Virus record (IMG/VR): IMGVR_UViG_3300029309_000035
Span: 1 to 59,090 of that record
Length of the DNA stretch: 59,090 nt
Source of the DNA: a virus
Taxonomy: Duplodnaviria > Caudoviricetes
Direction: 5' to 3' (one strand)
The notes beneath the pieces were generated by a model, which ran no database searches, was not told the DNA's origin, and saw nothing but the letters and a program-made list of their open reading frames with translations. The translations under genes were made by a program, and so were the position numbers. Numbering within the stretch: the stretch's first letter is position 1; every line of letters starts with the position of its first letter. Positions 27,783-35,837 of this stretch are shown piece by piece.

Positions 27783-28119
27783 AGTTTTGTATCTCCTTTA
27801 TGGTTTGGTTATAGTATCGTCTATCGTATCCCTTTACCAACCAATTTGTAATCTGACGATAGTCGGATGGTATTGGTTGAACGGCTTGTGTTACATTGTG
27901 TATGACAATTTGTGAACCCAAGTCGTCTGATTTGTATTGTACTCGCCATATAAAGTCTATGTTATTTGAACCCAAACATAATTCAGGTGAACCAAATACT
28001 CTGACGAGTGTTTCATATCTTGTCTTAATGTTGCCTAGTGTTAGGTGACCACATCCAACAAGCACTATGTCGTTATGTGTAACAAATGTAGCTTTGTCAT
28101 GCTTATGTATAAGTGTCAT
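27775..28119 (-). CDS. hypothetical protein
   Basis: coupled ORF. Confidence 0.55.
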   Translation of the reverse strand: MTLIHKHDKATFVTHNDIVLVGCGHLTLGNIKTRYETLVRVFGSPELCLGSNNIDFIWRVQYKSDDLGSQIVIHNVTQAVQPIPSDYRQITNWLVKGYDRRYYNQTIKEIQNYG

Positions 28120-28322
28120 TGTCTTTGAAAATACTCCTTTTTTTCACGATAAGTTTTTGATGTATCACATTTTACAGCAATAAGCTTTTCAGGTCTATCT
28201 TTAAATTTATCGTATAATTTTTTAGCTGTTTGTTCACATTCTCGTGTTGGTGTTAATTCGTATGAACGCAATTCCCCTCCGTCATACTCTAACCAAAAGG
28301 TTATAATAAATGCTTCAAGCAT
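28116..28322 (-). CDS. hypothetical protein
   Basis: coupled ORF with AGGAG RBS. Confidence 0.5.
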   Translation of the reverse strand: MLEAFIITFWLEYDGGELRSYELTPTRECEQTAKKLYDKFKDRPEKLIAVKCDTSKTYREKKEYFQRQ

Positions 28323-28503
28323 ATCTATGCTCCTGAGTTAGATTGGTGTCCAAACATTGTTTAGCTTTCTCACCTGTTACAAAAACATAATTGGTTTCTT
28401 TTAAGTCCCAATCATCCCATATTACCCACAGTTTATTATTACCTTTTTGTTTAGTAATAATATATCTTTTATATCTGTCATAAAATAAATCAAGTTGTCT
28501 CAT
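28315..28503 (-). CDS. hypothetical protein
   Basis: RBS GAAAGGAGTGAATAATG. Confidence 0.55.
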   Translation of the reverse strand: MRQLDLFYDRYKRYIITKQKGNNKLWVIWDDWDLKETNYVFVTGEKAKQCLDTNLTQEHRYA

Positions 28504-28718
28504 TATTCACTCCTTTCCATTTTTACAGACCATCTATACTCTGGCTCTGTATTTGCATCTATGAATGTTGTTTTTAATTTTAATCCATACTTTTTTAGTA
28601 AGATATTAATAATTTCTATTCTCTCTTTAAATCCCTCAGAGTCATAGCTATCATTAAAACGTATCTCTAGTAATTGTTCTACCTTAGTAAGATTAATAAA
28701 ATCATAAACTCTCATCAT
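28503..28718 (-). CDS. hypothetical protein
   Basis: coupled ORF. Confidence 0.5.
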   Translation of the reverse strand: MMRVYDFINLTKVEQLLEIRFNDSYDSEGFKERIEIINILLKKYGLKLKTTFIDANTEPEYRWSVKMERSE

Positions 28719-28993
28719 TCAGTCTCCCTTATTGGTGCACTACAAGGACTAGACTTAGGTTGTGGTGGTGGTACGTCTTTACCTTGTAGCTTTTGTCGTA
28801 TGAGATGGAACTTCCAACCGATACACATGTGACCAGTTTGTCGGTGTTCATCTCGGTTAATATTCAATCGTTTAAACTCTTGTTCAACGATCGGTTCTAG
28901 GTTCTTACAGTTCTCTCGTTCCATAACGAACCTCTCCTCCACACCCGTTGGTGTAGAGAAAACTAGGTATAATGCAAAGAGTTCTTTAGTCAT
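28715..28993 (-). CDS. hypothetical protein
   Basis: coupled ORF with GGAGG RBS. Confidence 0.55.
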   Translation of the reverse strand: MTKELFALYLVFSTPTGVEERFVMERENCKNLEPIVEQEFKRLNINRDEHRQTGHMCIGWKFHLIRQKLQGKDVPPPQPKSSPCSAPIRETE

Positions 28994-29193
28994 AACACTC
29001 CTCCCAAATCTACATTCTCTAATTCTTCTCCGTCATTATTATAATGAATACCTAAAAATTCAATCTTGTTATCCATTACTTGTTTGACTAACCATTGTTT
29101 GATCTCATCATCTGACCAAACTGTTTCCAAAAGTTTCTTTTCTTTTTCAGAAACCTCGTGGACACTTGATATATCAGCTATGTATTTAGTCAT
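28990..29193 (-). CDS. hypothetical protein
   Basis: GGAGGAG RBS before ATG at 29193. Confidence 0.5.
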   Translation of the reverse strand: MTKYIADISSVHEVSEKEKKLLETVWSDDEIKQWLVKQVMDNKIEFLGIHYNNDGEELENVDLGGVL

Positions 29194-29380
29194 CACTCTC
29201 CTCCTCAACTACGTCTAAGAGTTCTGCTTGTGTATAATTATGTTGTTCTAAACGTAACTCCCCATCAAGACTAAGACCACCCTCTCTGATTAAAATTTGT
29301 GTGGCTTCTTCTTCACTCTTTGCTGTAACAGTATAAATGTATTCACATGGAACACTAAATGTATAATATTTAATCGTCAT
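29186..29380 (-). CDS. hypothetical protein
   Basis: AGGAGG RBS; V.A.SEEEA motif. Confidence 0.55.
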   Translation of the reverse strand: MTIKYYTFSVPCEYIYTVTAKSEEEATQILIREGGLSLDGELRLEQHNYTQAELLDVVEEESDD

Positions 29381-29507
29381 TATCTTCCTCCTTATCTAAA
29401 TCAAATCTAATCCATATTGATGCACCAGCTTCATCACTAAAGTGTTGTACTTCTTCATAATCAACGGGTGCATTGTCTAACCATTTAATAAGTTCTTCGT
29501 AAGTCAT
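29373..29507 (-). CDS. small acidic hypothetical protein (44 aa)
   Basis: hand-translated MTYEELIKWLDNAPVDYEEVQ...; RBS GGAGAAGTGAATAATG; fills the gap between neighbours. Confidence 0.5.
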
Positions 29508-29722
29508 TATTCACTTCTCCTTTTATCTGAATTAACACCAACTACAAACAAAGTTAGCTTATCAGAGTTCTCACCCATTACTTGTAGTATTTGTTCCCAT
29601 ACACCCTCTTGGAAATCCTCGTGGTATAAATCTAAAACCTTACCTTGAGGTGTTACATCCCATTTGAATTTTCTAAGAACCTTTTGTTGTTCGTTAGTTA
29701 ATATAAATAAATCTTTAGTCAT
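29507..29722 (-). CDS. hypothetical protein
   Basis: coupled ORF. Confidence 0.5.
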   Translation of the reverse strand: MTKDLFILTNEQQKVLRKFKWDVTPQGKVLDLYHEDFQEGVWEQILQVMGENSDKLTLFVVGVNSDKRRSE

Positions 29723-30149
29723 CTAATCCCATTGCCTCTCTGTGATACACTCCAGAATAATCCCAAGTTTCTTCTAAATAGTGTCCTATTATTGTTACTT
29801 CGTTTTTATCAAACATCTTGTGTAGTTTCTTTATTATTGGAATAGGGGGTGCCCAAGCTGTGCTAAACCTAATGGATATTCTATCATCATCAATATCTAT
29901 ATCCTCTGTGTCAGCATTCCACTTCGTACCCCAATTATCTATTGACCAATCATACCAATTTTTCTTACCATATTTCTTCTGTTCCTTGTCCCCAAGTTCA
30001 CCTCTGTATATGTCTTTAGGCATGGGTATTATCTTTTCAAAATCTAATTTGTCTTTTGAATCAAGTATTTTATTTTTAATATCAGAAATAGTTGTTTTAC
30101 TATTATCACTTACTAATATTTCTAGTTCGTTGTAACACCAATTAGGCAT
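29715..30149 (-). CDS. DUF1281/YubB ferredoxin-like fold protein
   Basis: MPNWC.N, DF.KIIPMP, NWYDW..NWGTKW, F.TAW.PP motifs. Confidence 0.8.
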   Translation of the reverse strand: MPNWCYNELEILVSDNSKTTISDIKNKILDSKDKLDFEKIIPMPKDIYRGELGDKEQKKYGKKNWYDWSIDNWGTKWNADTEDIDIDDDRISIRFSTAWAPPIPIIKKLHKMFDKNEVTIIGHYLEETWDYSGVYHREAMGLDD

Positions 30150-30441
30150 CTCTGTCCTCCAATCTTTCTTCTACTTTTTGGGATAGTTCTATCCCTATGG
30201 TTGTTAATAATAAATGTTGTGCTGATAGTGTATCAGGTGCAGTATCGTGTATATAACTTACACATAGTTGTGCTAGTCCTCTGCTCGTATTGAAAGCATC
30301 AAACCCTTTAGCATCAGCTTTCTTTAATACCTTTACTACCTCTTTAACTACCCACTCAATCTGGTGGTCATCACAAAGTTTAGTTTGTTTAAACGGCTTC
30401 TTTGATTTTATATCTATTACTTTAGGCATCTTCCACCACAC
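30142..30441 (-). CDS. hypothetical protein (start probably 30429)
   Basis: ORF in the early operon. Confidence 0.5.
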   Translation of the reverse strand: MWWKMPKVIDIKSKKPFKQTKLCDDHQIEWVVKEVVKVLKKADAKGFDAFNTSRGLAQLCVSYIHDTAPDTLSAQHLLLTTIGIELSQKVEERLEDRDA

Positions 30442-30679
30442 TTTCTATTGTTTCGTCGTGAACATCAGTTGGCATTCCGTCATTGCATGGTTCACCCCAC
30501 CCTTGACTAAACTTTTCTTCAGCTTCCTCTTCCGTATCAGCTTCCACATAATACTCAAAAGTTGCTGTGCCATAAGTTGTTATCTTAAAAGTTTTATTAG
30601 CACCAGTAGACTTCGTCATTGTTGTCCTCACTTTCTTCTCTTGGTTTTTCATTTTGTCTATGCTCTTGGACATCTTCAT
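30422..30679 (-). CDS. hypothetical protein
   Basis: VEADTEEEA motif; start probably near 30620. Confidence 0.5.
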   Translation of the reverse strand: MKMSKSIDKMKNQEKKVRTTMTKSTGANKTFKITTYGTATFEYYVEADTEEEAEEKFSQGWGEPCNDGMPTDVHDETIESVVEDA

Positions 30680-30962
30680 CTAAAAAATTATACAGTTTAT
30701 CCATTACATAGTTTCTTAGTTCATCTTGCTCGTCATGAGTAAGTTGTCCTTGCCTATTAAAGTAAGCATTTAGTTTATCAAAAATGTATGTGAATTGGTG
30801 GTCTATGAAATCATTATCTTCTGCCACCTCTTCAAAGTTAAACTTGGTAATTGGCTTACCATAAAATAAACAATTACTCATCAGTTCATTATAATTTTTT
30901 TCTATCCTATGGTCTAACTCAGCCCACGTTTTCTCTTGTAGTTTTAAATGTTGGTTACCCAT
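30597..30962 (-). CDS. hypothetical protein
   Basis: RBS GGGGAGTGAGATAATG before ATG 30962. Confidence 0.55.
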   Translation of the reverse strand: MGNQHLKLQEKTWAELDHRIEKNYNELMSNCLFYGKPITKFNFEEVAEDNDFIDHQFTYIFDKLNAYFNRQGQLTHDEQDELRNYVMDKLYNFLDEDVQEHRQNEKPREESEDNNDEVYWC

Positions 30963-31141
30963 TATCTCACTCCCCAATCTTCAGCAATTACTTTTCTGCT
31001 TTCTCGTGTGTTATCATATATTCTAACGTCATATCCCTCCATGCCTTGCACCTCTGCAAATTCATAAGCTTTGGATAAATCGTTAAACTCTCTCTCTTTT
31101 ATTTTATTAGTAGTTTTATATTCTACTGTGTAGCATTTCAT
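30962..31141 (-). CDS. hypothetical early protein
   Basis: RBS AGAAAGTGAGTGAGATTATG. Confidence 0.55.
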   Translation of the reverse strand: MKCYTVEYKTTNKIKEREFNDLSKAYEFAEVQGMEGYDVRIYDNTRESRKVIAEDWGVR

Positions 31142-31158
31142 AATCTCACTCACTTTCT

Positions 31159-31692
31159 TTAATTTTTTATTATATTTTTCATTGATATTTTTTCAATGTA
31201 AAAAGTTTGACTCATTGACAAATCTTTTTTATCTAACAAACCATATCTACGACCAAAAACTACGATACAGCTTGGAAATGGTGCTGAATTTTTAGCATTA
31301 CCAAACTTTAATCTTCCTTTAATGTATCGTATCTGACCATAAATACAGTAGTCATGCCAATACTTCGTATCTGTCCTACTAGGAATTAACATAACAACTG
31401 TACAACCTTTTAAACTTTCTTCGTATGCTTTTTTTACAAACTCACCAATATTTGAATAAGGTGGGTTGCACCATATAAAAGGTTCAAAGTTATTCTCATC
31501 TTTTAATAGCATAGACCAATCATAATTTAAACTGTTATGGTCTTTAGTTGTATAAAATGTTTCTACTTTTGTATTCTCATGACTAGCACATATATCATAA
31601 TCAAACTTAAATTCATTGTTTAATCTATCATATAAATGTTGGGGTGTTTCCCATTCATCAGAATTTTTACTAAATAAAACTTTATCTACCAT
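31159..31692 (-). CDS. dam: phage DNA N6-adenine methyltransferase (Dam family)
   Basis: DEWETP, WCNPPYS, LIPSRTDT..WH, GRLKFG, APFPS motifs. Confidence 0.9.
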   Translation of the reverse strand: MVDKVLFSKNSDEWETPQHLYDRLNNEFKFDYDICASHENTKVETFYTTKDHNSLNYDWSMLLKDENNFEPFIWCNPPYSNIGEFVKKAYEESLKGCTVVMLIPSRTDTKYWHDYCIYGQIRYIKGRLKFGNAKNSAPFPSCIVVFGRRYGLLDKKDLSMSQTFYIEKISMKNIIKN

Positions 31693-31727
31693 TTTTCTCA
31701 CTCACTTTCTTTTATTAATTAATATTA

Positions 31728-32144
31728 TTACAGTTTGGTTATGATGTAAAATGTTTCTCCAAAATCTGTATATTCTTTTATCTGATACCTAGTTTTATGC
31801 TTTCTGATATACTTAATCTTTTCAATCTTGATACATCTGTACGCATTTTTTTCCTGGTCAAATACTTGTAGAATATTATTTTGTTTTAGATTCTTTCTTA
31901 ATCCTAACATGGAATCTCTTTTGCTATATACAAAAGTTCCCTTATCTTTATTAAGATATTTAATTCTATTCTTAATATCTCCAATAAGGTATCTATCAGA
32001 ACCATCAGCTTTGGTAAAACAAACCTGAAGTTTCTTCGTGTTATCTTTATTAATAAGATTAAACAATGCTCTTTTATATTTCTCAATATTAAGAGGAATG
32101 TTTAAACTGTATGTATAGTTTTCTAGTTTAGTTTTTGTTAACAT
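31728..32144 (-). CDS. SH3/WYL-like beta-barrel early protein
   Basis: V.FTKADGSDR...VFD.EK.AYRC motif. Confidence 0.55.
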   Translation of the reverse strand: MLTKTKLENYTYSLNIPLNIEKYKRALFNLINKDNTKKLQVCFTKADGSDRYLIGDIKNRIKYLNKDKGTFVYSKRDSMLGLRKNLKQNNILQVFDQEKNAYRCIKIEKIKYIRKHKTRYQIKEYTDFGETFYIITKL

Positions 32145-32186
32145 TTAATCTCACTTTCTTTTGTTAATGTTAATTGTCTATCTTAA

Positions 32187-32215
32187 TTATTAAAGTATAA
32201 ATTTTTATATGTCAA
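32187..32215 (-). promoter_or_regulatory. early sigma70-like promoter
   Basis: minus strand TTGACA, 17 bp, TAATAA. Confidence 0.5.
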
Positions 32216-32327
32216 ATAAAAAGTTATTTATTTAGTTAATTATTTTTTTTAAAATACTAATCCTATTAATAACCATTGTATAAATAGTATTGAACAGAAT
32301 AGAATTGCTAATGCTTTTATAATTGGA

Positions 32328-32861
32328 TTAACCATAATATTTATTTCCTTTTTTAATGTTATCTATTGCCCATAATGGTTGTAGATTTTTATAATTAAAA
32401 CATTCTAGTTGTTCTTCTTCAAGTTCTAAGTTAAACAAACTACAAGGTTTTATGTGGTCAATATGCCATTCGCCATAGTTATTCCAATTCATACCTTGTT
32501 TAAACATACTCTCTAAATGTTTAATTAATTCTTTTTGAGTACATCCAATTAGTTCTCTAGTTGTTTTACTTTTACCTAATCCATTAATAAAATTTCTTAG
32601 TCGTCTTGATAAATTTTCTCTTATTAAAAATCCAACGTCAGTTTTTCTTTTTTTATTAATATACTTTTGTTGGCTCTCAATAATCTTTTCTTTATTATCT
32701 CGTCTATATATTTGCCGTTGAGCATTTATTTTTTCCTTGTTCTCAGCTTTATATTTACGACACCTTAAACGGCTCTTCTCAATAAAACCTTTTTCAAGTT
32801 TCTTTTTTTCATACCATAATTTTTGGTATTCTTTTTGTTTCTCTTTATTTTTATATCCCAT
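32328..32861 (-). CDS. HNH endonuclease
   Basis: GMNWNNYGEWHIDHIKPC...CFNYKNLQPLWA.DN.KK. Confidence 0.85.
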   Translation of the reverse strand: MGYKNKEKQKEYQKLWYEKKKLEKGFIEKSRLRCRKYKAENKEKINAQRQIYRRDNKEKIIESQQKYINKKRKTDVGFLIRENLSRRLRNFINGLGKSKTTRELIGCTQKELIKHLESMFKQGMNWNNYGEWHIDHIKPCSLFNLELEEEQLECFNYKNLQPLWAIDNIKKGNKYYG

Positions 32862-33023
32862 TTAATAATCCCTTATAAAACTGTATGCAATACAAATAAT
32901 TGCAATCATAAAATATATGAACATGAATATTAAAAATATAGGACTAACCATAATAAGGGCTAGTGATATTATTGATAATATAAAGCATAAAAAACTTGCT
33001 TCTAATAGTTTATAATTTTTCAT
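32862..33023 (-). CDS. 53-aa membrane protein
   Basis: hand-translated MKNYKLLEASFLCFILSIISLALIMVSPIFLIFMFIYFMIAIICIAYSFIRDY; GAGGTG RBS. Confidence 0.5.
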   Translation of the reverse strand: MKNYKLLEASFLCFILSIISLALIMVSPIFLIFMFIYFMIAIICIAYSFIRDY

Positions 33024-33373
33024 TATGCCACCTCTAATTTATTGTTTTTAAAATAATCATGCATGACATCATAACCAATTATAAAAGTATACATATTTAC
33101 AACTTTTTCAGGTTCTGAAAAGTCTGTATAAACTTCTCCAAAATTGTCATTTTCATATTCTTTTATCATTTCTATTATATTAAATACTTCATCAGATAAC
33201 CATTTTGTGGCTTGATACCTACCTATAATATAATAATCCTGATTGAATGCTTGATGATGTATATCTGAAAAGTCATTTTCAGCTAAATAGTCTTTATTAT
33301 ATTTTAATTGTTCTTTAATAAAATCTTCAAAATGTGAATAGATCTCATCATATTTATAATAATTATTTGTCAT
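33023..33373 (-). CDS. hypothetical early protein
   Basis: FNQDYYIIG...PEKVVNMY motif; AGAAAGTGAG RBS. Confidence 0.6.
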   Translation of the reverse strand: MTNNYYKYDEIYSHFEDFIKEQLKYNKDYLAENDFSDIHHQAFNQDYYIIGRYQATKWLSDEVFNIIEMIKEYENDNFGEVYTDFSEPEKVVNMYTFIIGYDVMHDYFKNNKLEVA

Positions 33374-33376
33374 TGT

Positions 33377-33667
33377 TTATCTCACTTTCTTTTTTAAGTT
33401 TATTTTTAAATTTGGTTTTTTAAGCCACTCATTCATACTTTTTAGATATAGTTCATCTCTATATGTTTGAATTGCGTTGTCGTAATCGTCGTATATTTGT
33501 TCGTGTCTATACCATTCATTTAATTGACAATCTGAAGTTTTATATTGTTTACTACAATGTCCACAATAAAACCATTTCGTCATATAAGGCATAAAAGTTT
33601 CGTGGTCATGTGGACACACCCACAAATACCCCTCTACTTCTATTTGTATTTTTCTTTTTGTTGTCAT
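33377..33667 (-). CDS. first early gene, Cys-containing hypothetical protein
   Basis: CPHD...CGHC; AGAAAGTGAG RBS. Confidence 0.55.
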   Translation of the reverse strand: MTTKRKIQIEVEGYLWVCPHDHETFMPYMTKWFYCGHCSKQYKTSDCQLNEWYRHEQIYDDYDNAIQTYRDELYLKSMNEWLKKPNLKINLKKKVR

Positions 33668-33742
33668 TTTCTCACTTTCTTTTTTATGTTTAAATGTTTG
33701 TTTTTATGTAATTATTATAAAAACGACTCACTATAATTATGT

Positions 33743-33770
33743 ATATTAAACTAAAAAAATTTAAATTCAA
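33743..33770 (-). promoter_or_regulatory. early promoter
   Basis: minus strand TTGAAT, 16 bp, TAATAT, AT-rich upstream. Confidence 0.4.
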
Positions 33771-33829
33771 GTAAAAAAAAATTATTTTTGATATTTAATT
33801 TTAGATAAATCATTGAAACATATAAAAAC

Positions 33830-34002
33830 TATATAATTATAATGTATAGATTATATATAATTATAATGTATAAATCTAAATATGATAATGCAAATTAGAA
33901 TTATTCTAAATTGTAATTGTACACAAAAAAAGATGTAGAATCAGGATTAACTACAATTAAAAAATGTAGTATAATATAATGTACACAAAAAAAATGTAGA
34001 AT
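33830..34002. repeat. direct repeats in the non-coding region (candidate genome end/packaging region)
   Basis: TATATAATTATAATGTATA at 33830-48 and 33854-72; TGTACACAAAAAAA(G/A)ATGTAGAAT at ~33920 and ~33980. Confidence 0.6.
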
Positions 34003-34147
34003 TATAATGCCTATATCTCATGGGGGAGAAAAAAAATATGCCGTGCTTTGCTGTATATATATATGCACCCCCCACAAAATTAGCAAACAAAACAGAATTA
34101 CTATATGTCAATTATTTGACAGAACTTTATCAAAATAAATGTCAAAA

Positions 34148-34828
34148 TTATGACATCATAGTTTCCTGGGTTTCCAAAACACCCCCCTTTATTTTATTTT
34201 TAGGGTACCCATACCCCTGTTTAGAAAACACAGCAATCATAAATTTACCACCCTCTAATCCGGGTCGTACCTCGTAGTGCTTACCACTAGTCTGACAGTA
34301 GAAATCCACGTCATCAAAACCGGCTTGTCTACCCATATCCTCAAACTCTTCTGGTGTGTAGTGTTTATAATGAAATTCATTCACCGGAGGTAACTGATGA
34401 GGTCTCACCCGTTCATTAGGTGATGAACATATAAATAAATTTGATTTCTCTCCAGCTAAATCAAATACACTTTGTGCTAAATTAGGCGGTATGTGTTCTA
34501 TAAACTCAAAAGATACGACAGCATCATAGGAAGCTGGCAACCTATCTGTTTTTATTTTTGTAAAATCTTCAACAATATAATTAATACCAGGAGATTTTTT
34601 TGCAAAAGATTCTAAGAACACACCATGAGCCACAGGTGATTTATCAATGCAATCTACTCCACAAGAAAGCATATTGTGTAAAATATATGATCCATATCCT
34701 ATTCCACAACCAACGTCTAAAATGTCAGAGGGTTGTTTAATAAATTCTTTTATTTTCTTCACGGCAAAGTTATATCGTTCCAAATGATCGGCTCTAATAT
34801 TATTGGGATCCATGATTCGTTCAACCAT
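34148..34828 (-). CDS. class I SAM-dependent methyltransferase
   Basis: HLERYNFA, ILDVGCGIGYG, YDAVVSFEFIEH, NEFH. Confidence 0.85.
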   Translation of the reverse strand: MVERIMDPNNIRADHLERYNFAVKKIKEFIKQPSDILDVGCGIGYGSYILHNMLSCGVDCIDKSPVAHGVFLESFAKKSPGINYIVEDFTKIKTDRLPASYDAVVSFEFIEHIPPNLAQSVFDLAGEKSNLFICSSPNERVRPHQLPPVNEFHYKHYTPEEFEDMGRQAGFDDVDFYCQTSGKHYEVRPGLEGGKFMIAVFSKQGYGYPKNKIKGGVLETQETMMS

Positions 34829-35021
34829 TTAATGCTTTCATTCTTGTTGTCCAGTATCGATCAAGTACGTAATACCAACATCCATTGATACATGGTTCTA
34901 CTAAAGCAACTAATCCAGCTTCAAACAACGAAGCACCAGTTAACCAGTAGACAACATTCATAGCTATAAACACATGACCACATGTATAAATAAAAGCACG
35001 TCCAATACTCGTGTTTATCAT
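34821..35021 (-). CDS. DUF2061-like small membrane protein
   Basis: two TM segments; ALVEP..N..WYY.LDR.W motif. Confidence 0.6.
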   Translation of the reverse strand: MINTSIGRAFIYTCGHVFIAMNVVYWLTGASLFEAGLVALVEPCINGCWYYVLDRYWTTRMKALNG

Positions 35022-35617
35022 GTTACAACTTTCATAATACAACCTTGTTTCCAAGATCTGGCGAGTGGTATAACTTCTCTCTTAAATTGTTTACACCACT
35101 CACTTAAAGCTTTCCATTCTCCCTCTTCCCATTTTGGGTATGGAGATATAGGTGATGGTAACAAATCATCAAAACGTATTAATGTTCCTACTACAATTTG
35201 ATTATTAAGTAGATCAAGAACAGTTTTTGTAGATTTATAAAGATCACAATCAATATTCATAAACGATATGTGTCGTTTGTGGTCTTTTTTCCACACAGGA
35301 ATGGTATCTTCAAACCAGCCCTCATGTAAAACTACGTTTGGTACCACCTTTGGTAGCTCTGACACAGCAAAATGTCCCTTCTCTATAACTTTGTGTCCCA
35401 TAAACCACTGCTCAGGCAGCCCTTCAAAGCTGTCAAAGCCATGAAACGTAACATTTTTGTTAAGACTAGCTAAATAATTTATAGATTTACCTTCATATAC
35501 CCCAAATTCTACATAATGTCCCTTTGGATGTAGTATATTTTGCATACAAAATTGATATTCCATCAATCGGTTGTCTAATAAGACCATGGGTCTATATAAA
35601 AACTCCTCTGTTTGCAT
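35018..35617 (-). CDS. TylF/MycF/NovP-like O-methyltransferase
   Basis: EFGVYEG, GFDSFEGLPE, GWFEDT, NIDCDLY.ST, FDD. Confidence 0.85.
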   Translation of the reverse strand: MQTEEFLYRPMVLLDNRLMEYQFCMQNILHPKGHYVEFGVYEGKSINYLASLNKNVTFHGFDSFEGLPEQWFMGHKVIEKGHFAVSELPKVVPNVVLHEGWFEDTIPVWKKDHKRHISFMNIDCDLYKSTKTVLDLLNNQIVVGTLIRFDDLLPSPISPYPKWEEGEWKALSEWCKQFKREVIPLARSWKQGCIMKVVT

Positions 35618-35645
35618 ATTATCTCCTATATAAATCTATTTTGTG

Positions 35646-35689
35646 ATAATAAACAATGACTTGCCAACTGTCAACAAACAAAGTATATT
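35646..35689. promoter_or_regulatory. overlapping divergent sigma70 promoters
   Basis: minus: TTGACA (35669-74), 17 bp, TATTAT (35646-51); plus: TTGCCA (35661-66), 17 bp, TATATT (35684-89). Confidence 0.65.
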
Positions 35690-35692
35690 AGA

Positions 35693-35786
35693 TATACTGG
35701 TAGAATCTACCTTATACGTCTAAAGTTATAAGGGATAAGGCCTTGTAAATGTTAATTGTCTCCTACGGCTAAGTGATCCCAGTGTA
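35693..35786 (+). ncRNA. candidate structured RNA/leader upstream of terS
   Basis: closing stem TATACTGG/CCAGTGTA and inner CCTTATA/TATAAGG stem; lies between a promoter and a terminator. Confidence 0.4.
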
Positions 35787-35789
35787 AAT

Positions 35790-35819
35790 AGGGAGGGGTC
35801 GATAGCCCCTCTCTAATTT
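35790..35819 (+). terminator. hairpin terminator/attenuator
   Basis: AGGGAGGGGT-CGAT-AGCCCCTCTCT followed by AATTT. Confidence 0.55.
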
Positions 35820-35837
35820 AATAAGCACGAGGGTTAT

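Noticed and set aside
34020-34277. 85-aa plus-strand ORF in the putative end region
   Set aside because: No RBS; overlaps the methyltransferase antisense and the operator-like palindromes
35693-35786. tRNA or known self-cleaving ribozyme
   Set aside because: No T-loop GTTC or cloverleaf; no hammerhead CTGANGA/GAAA core recognised
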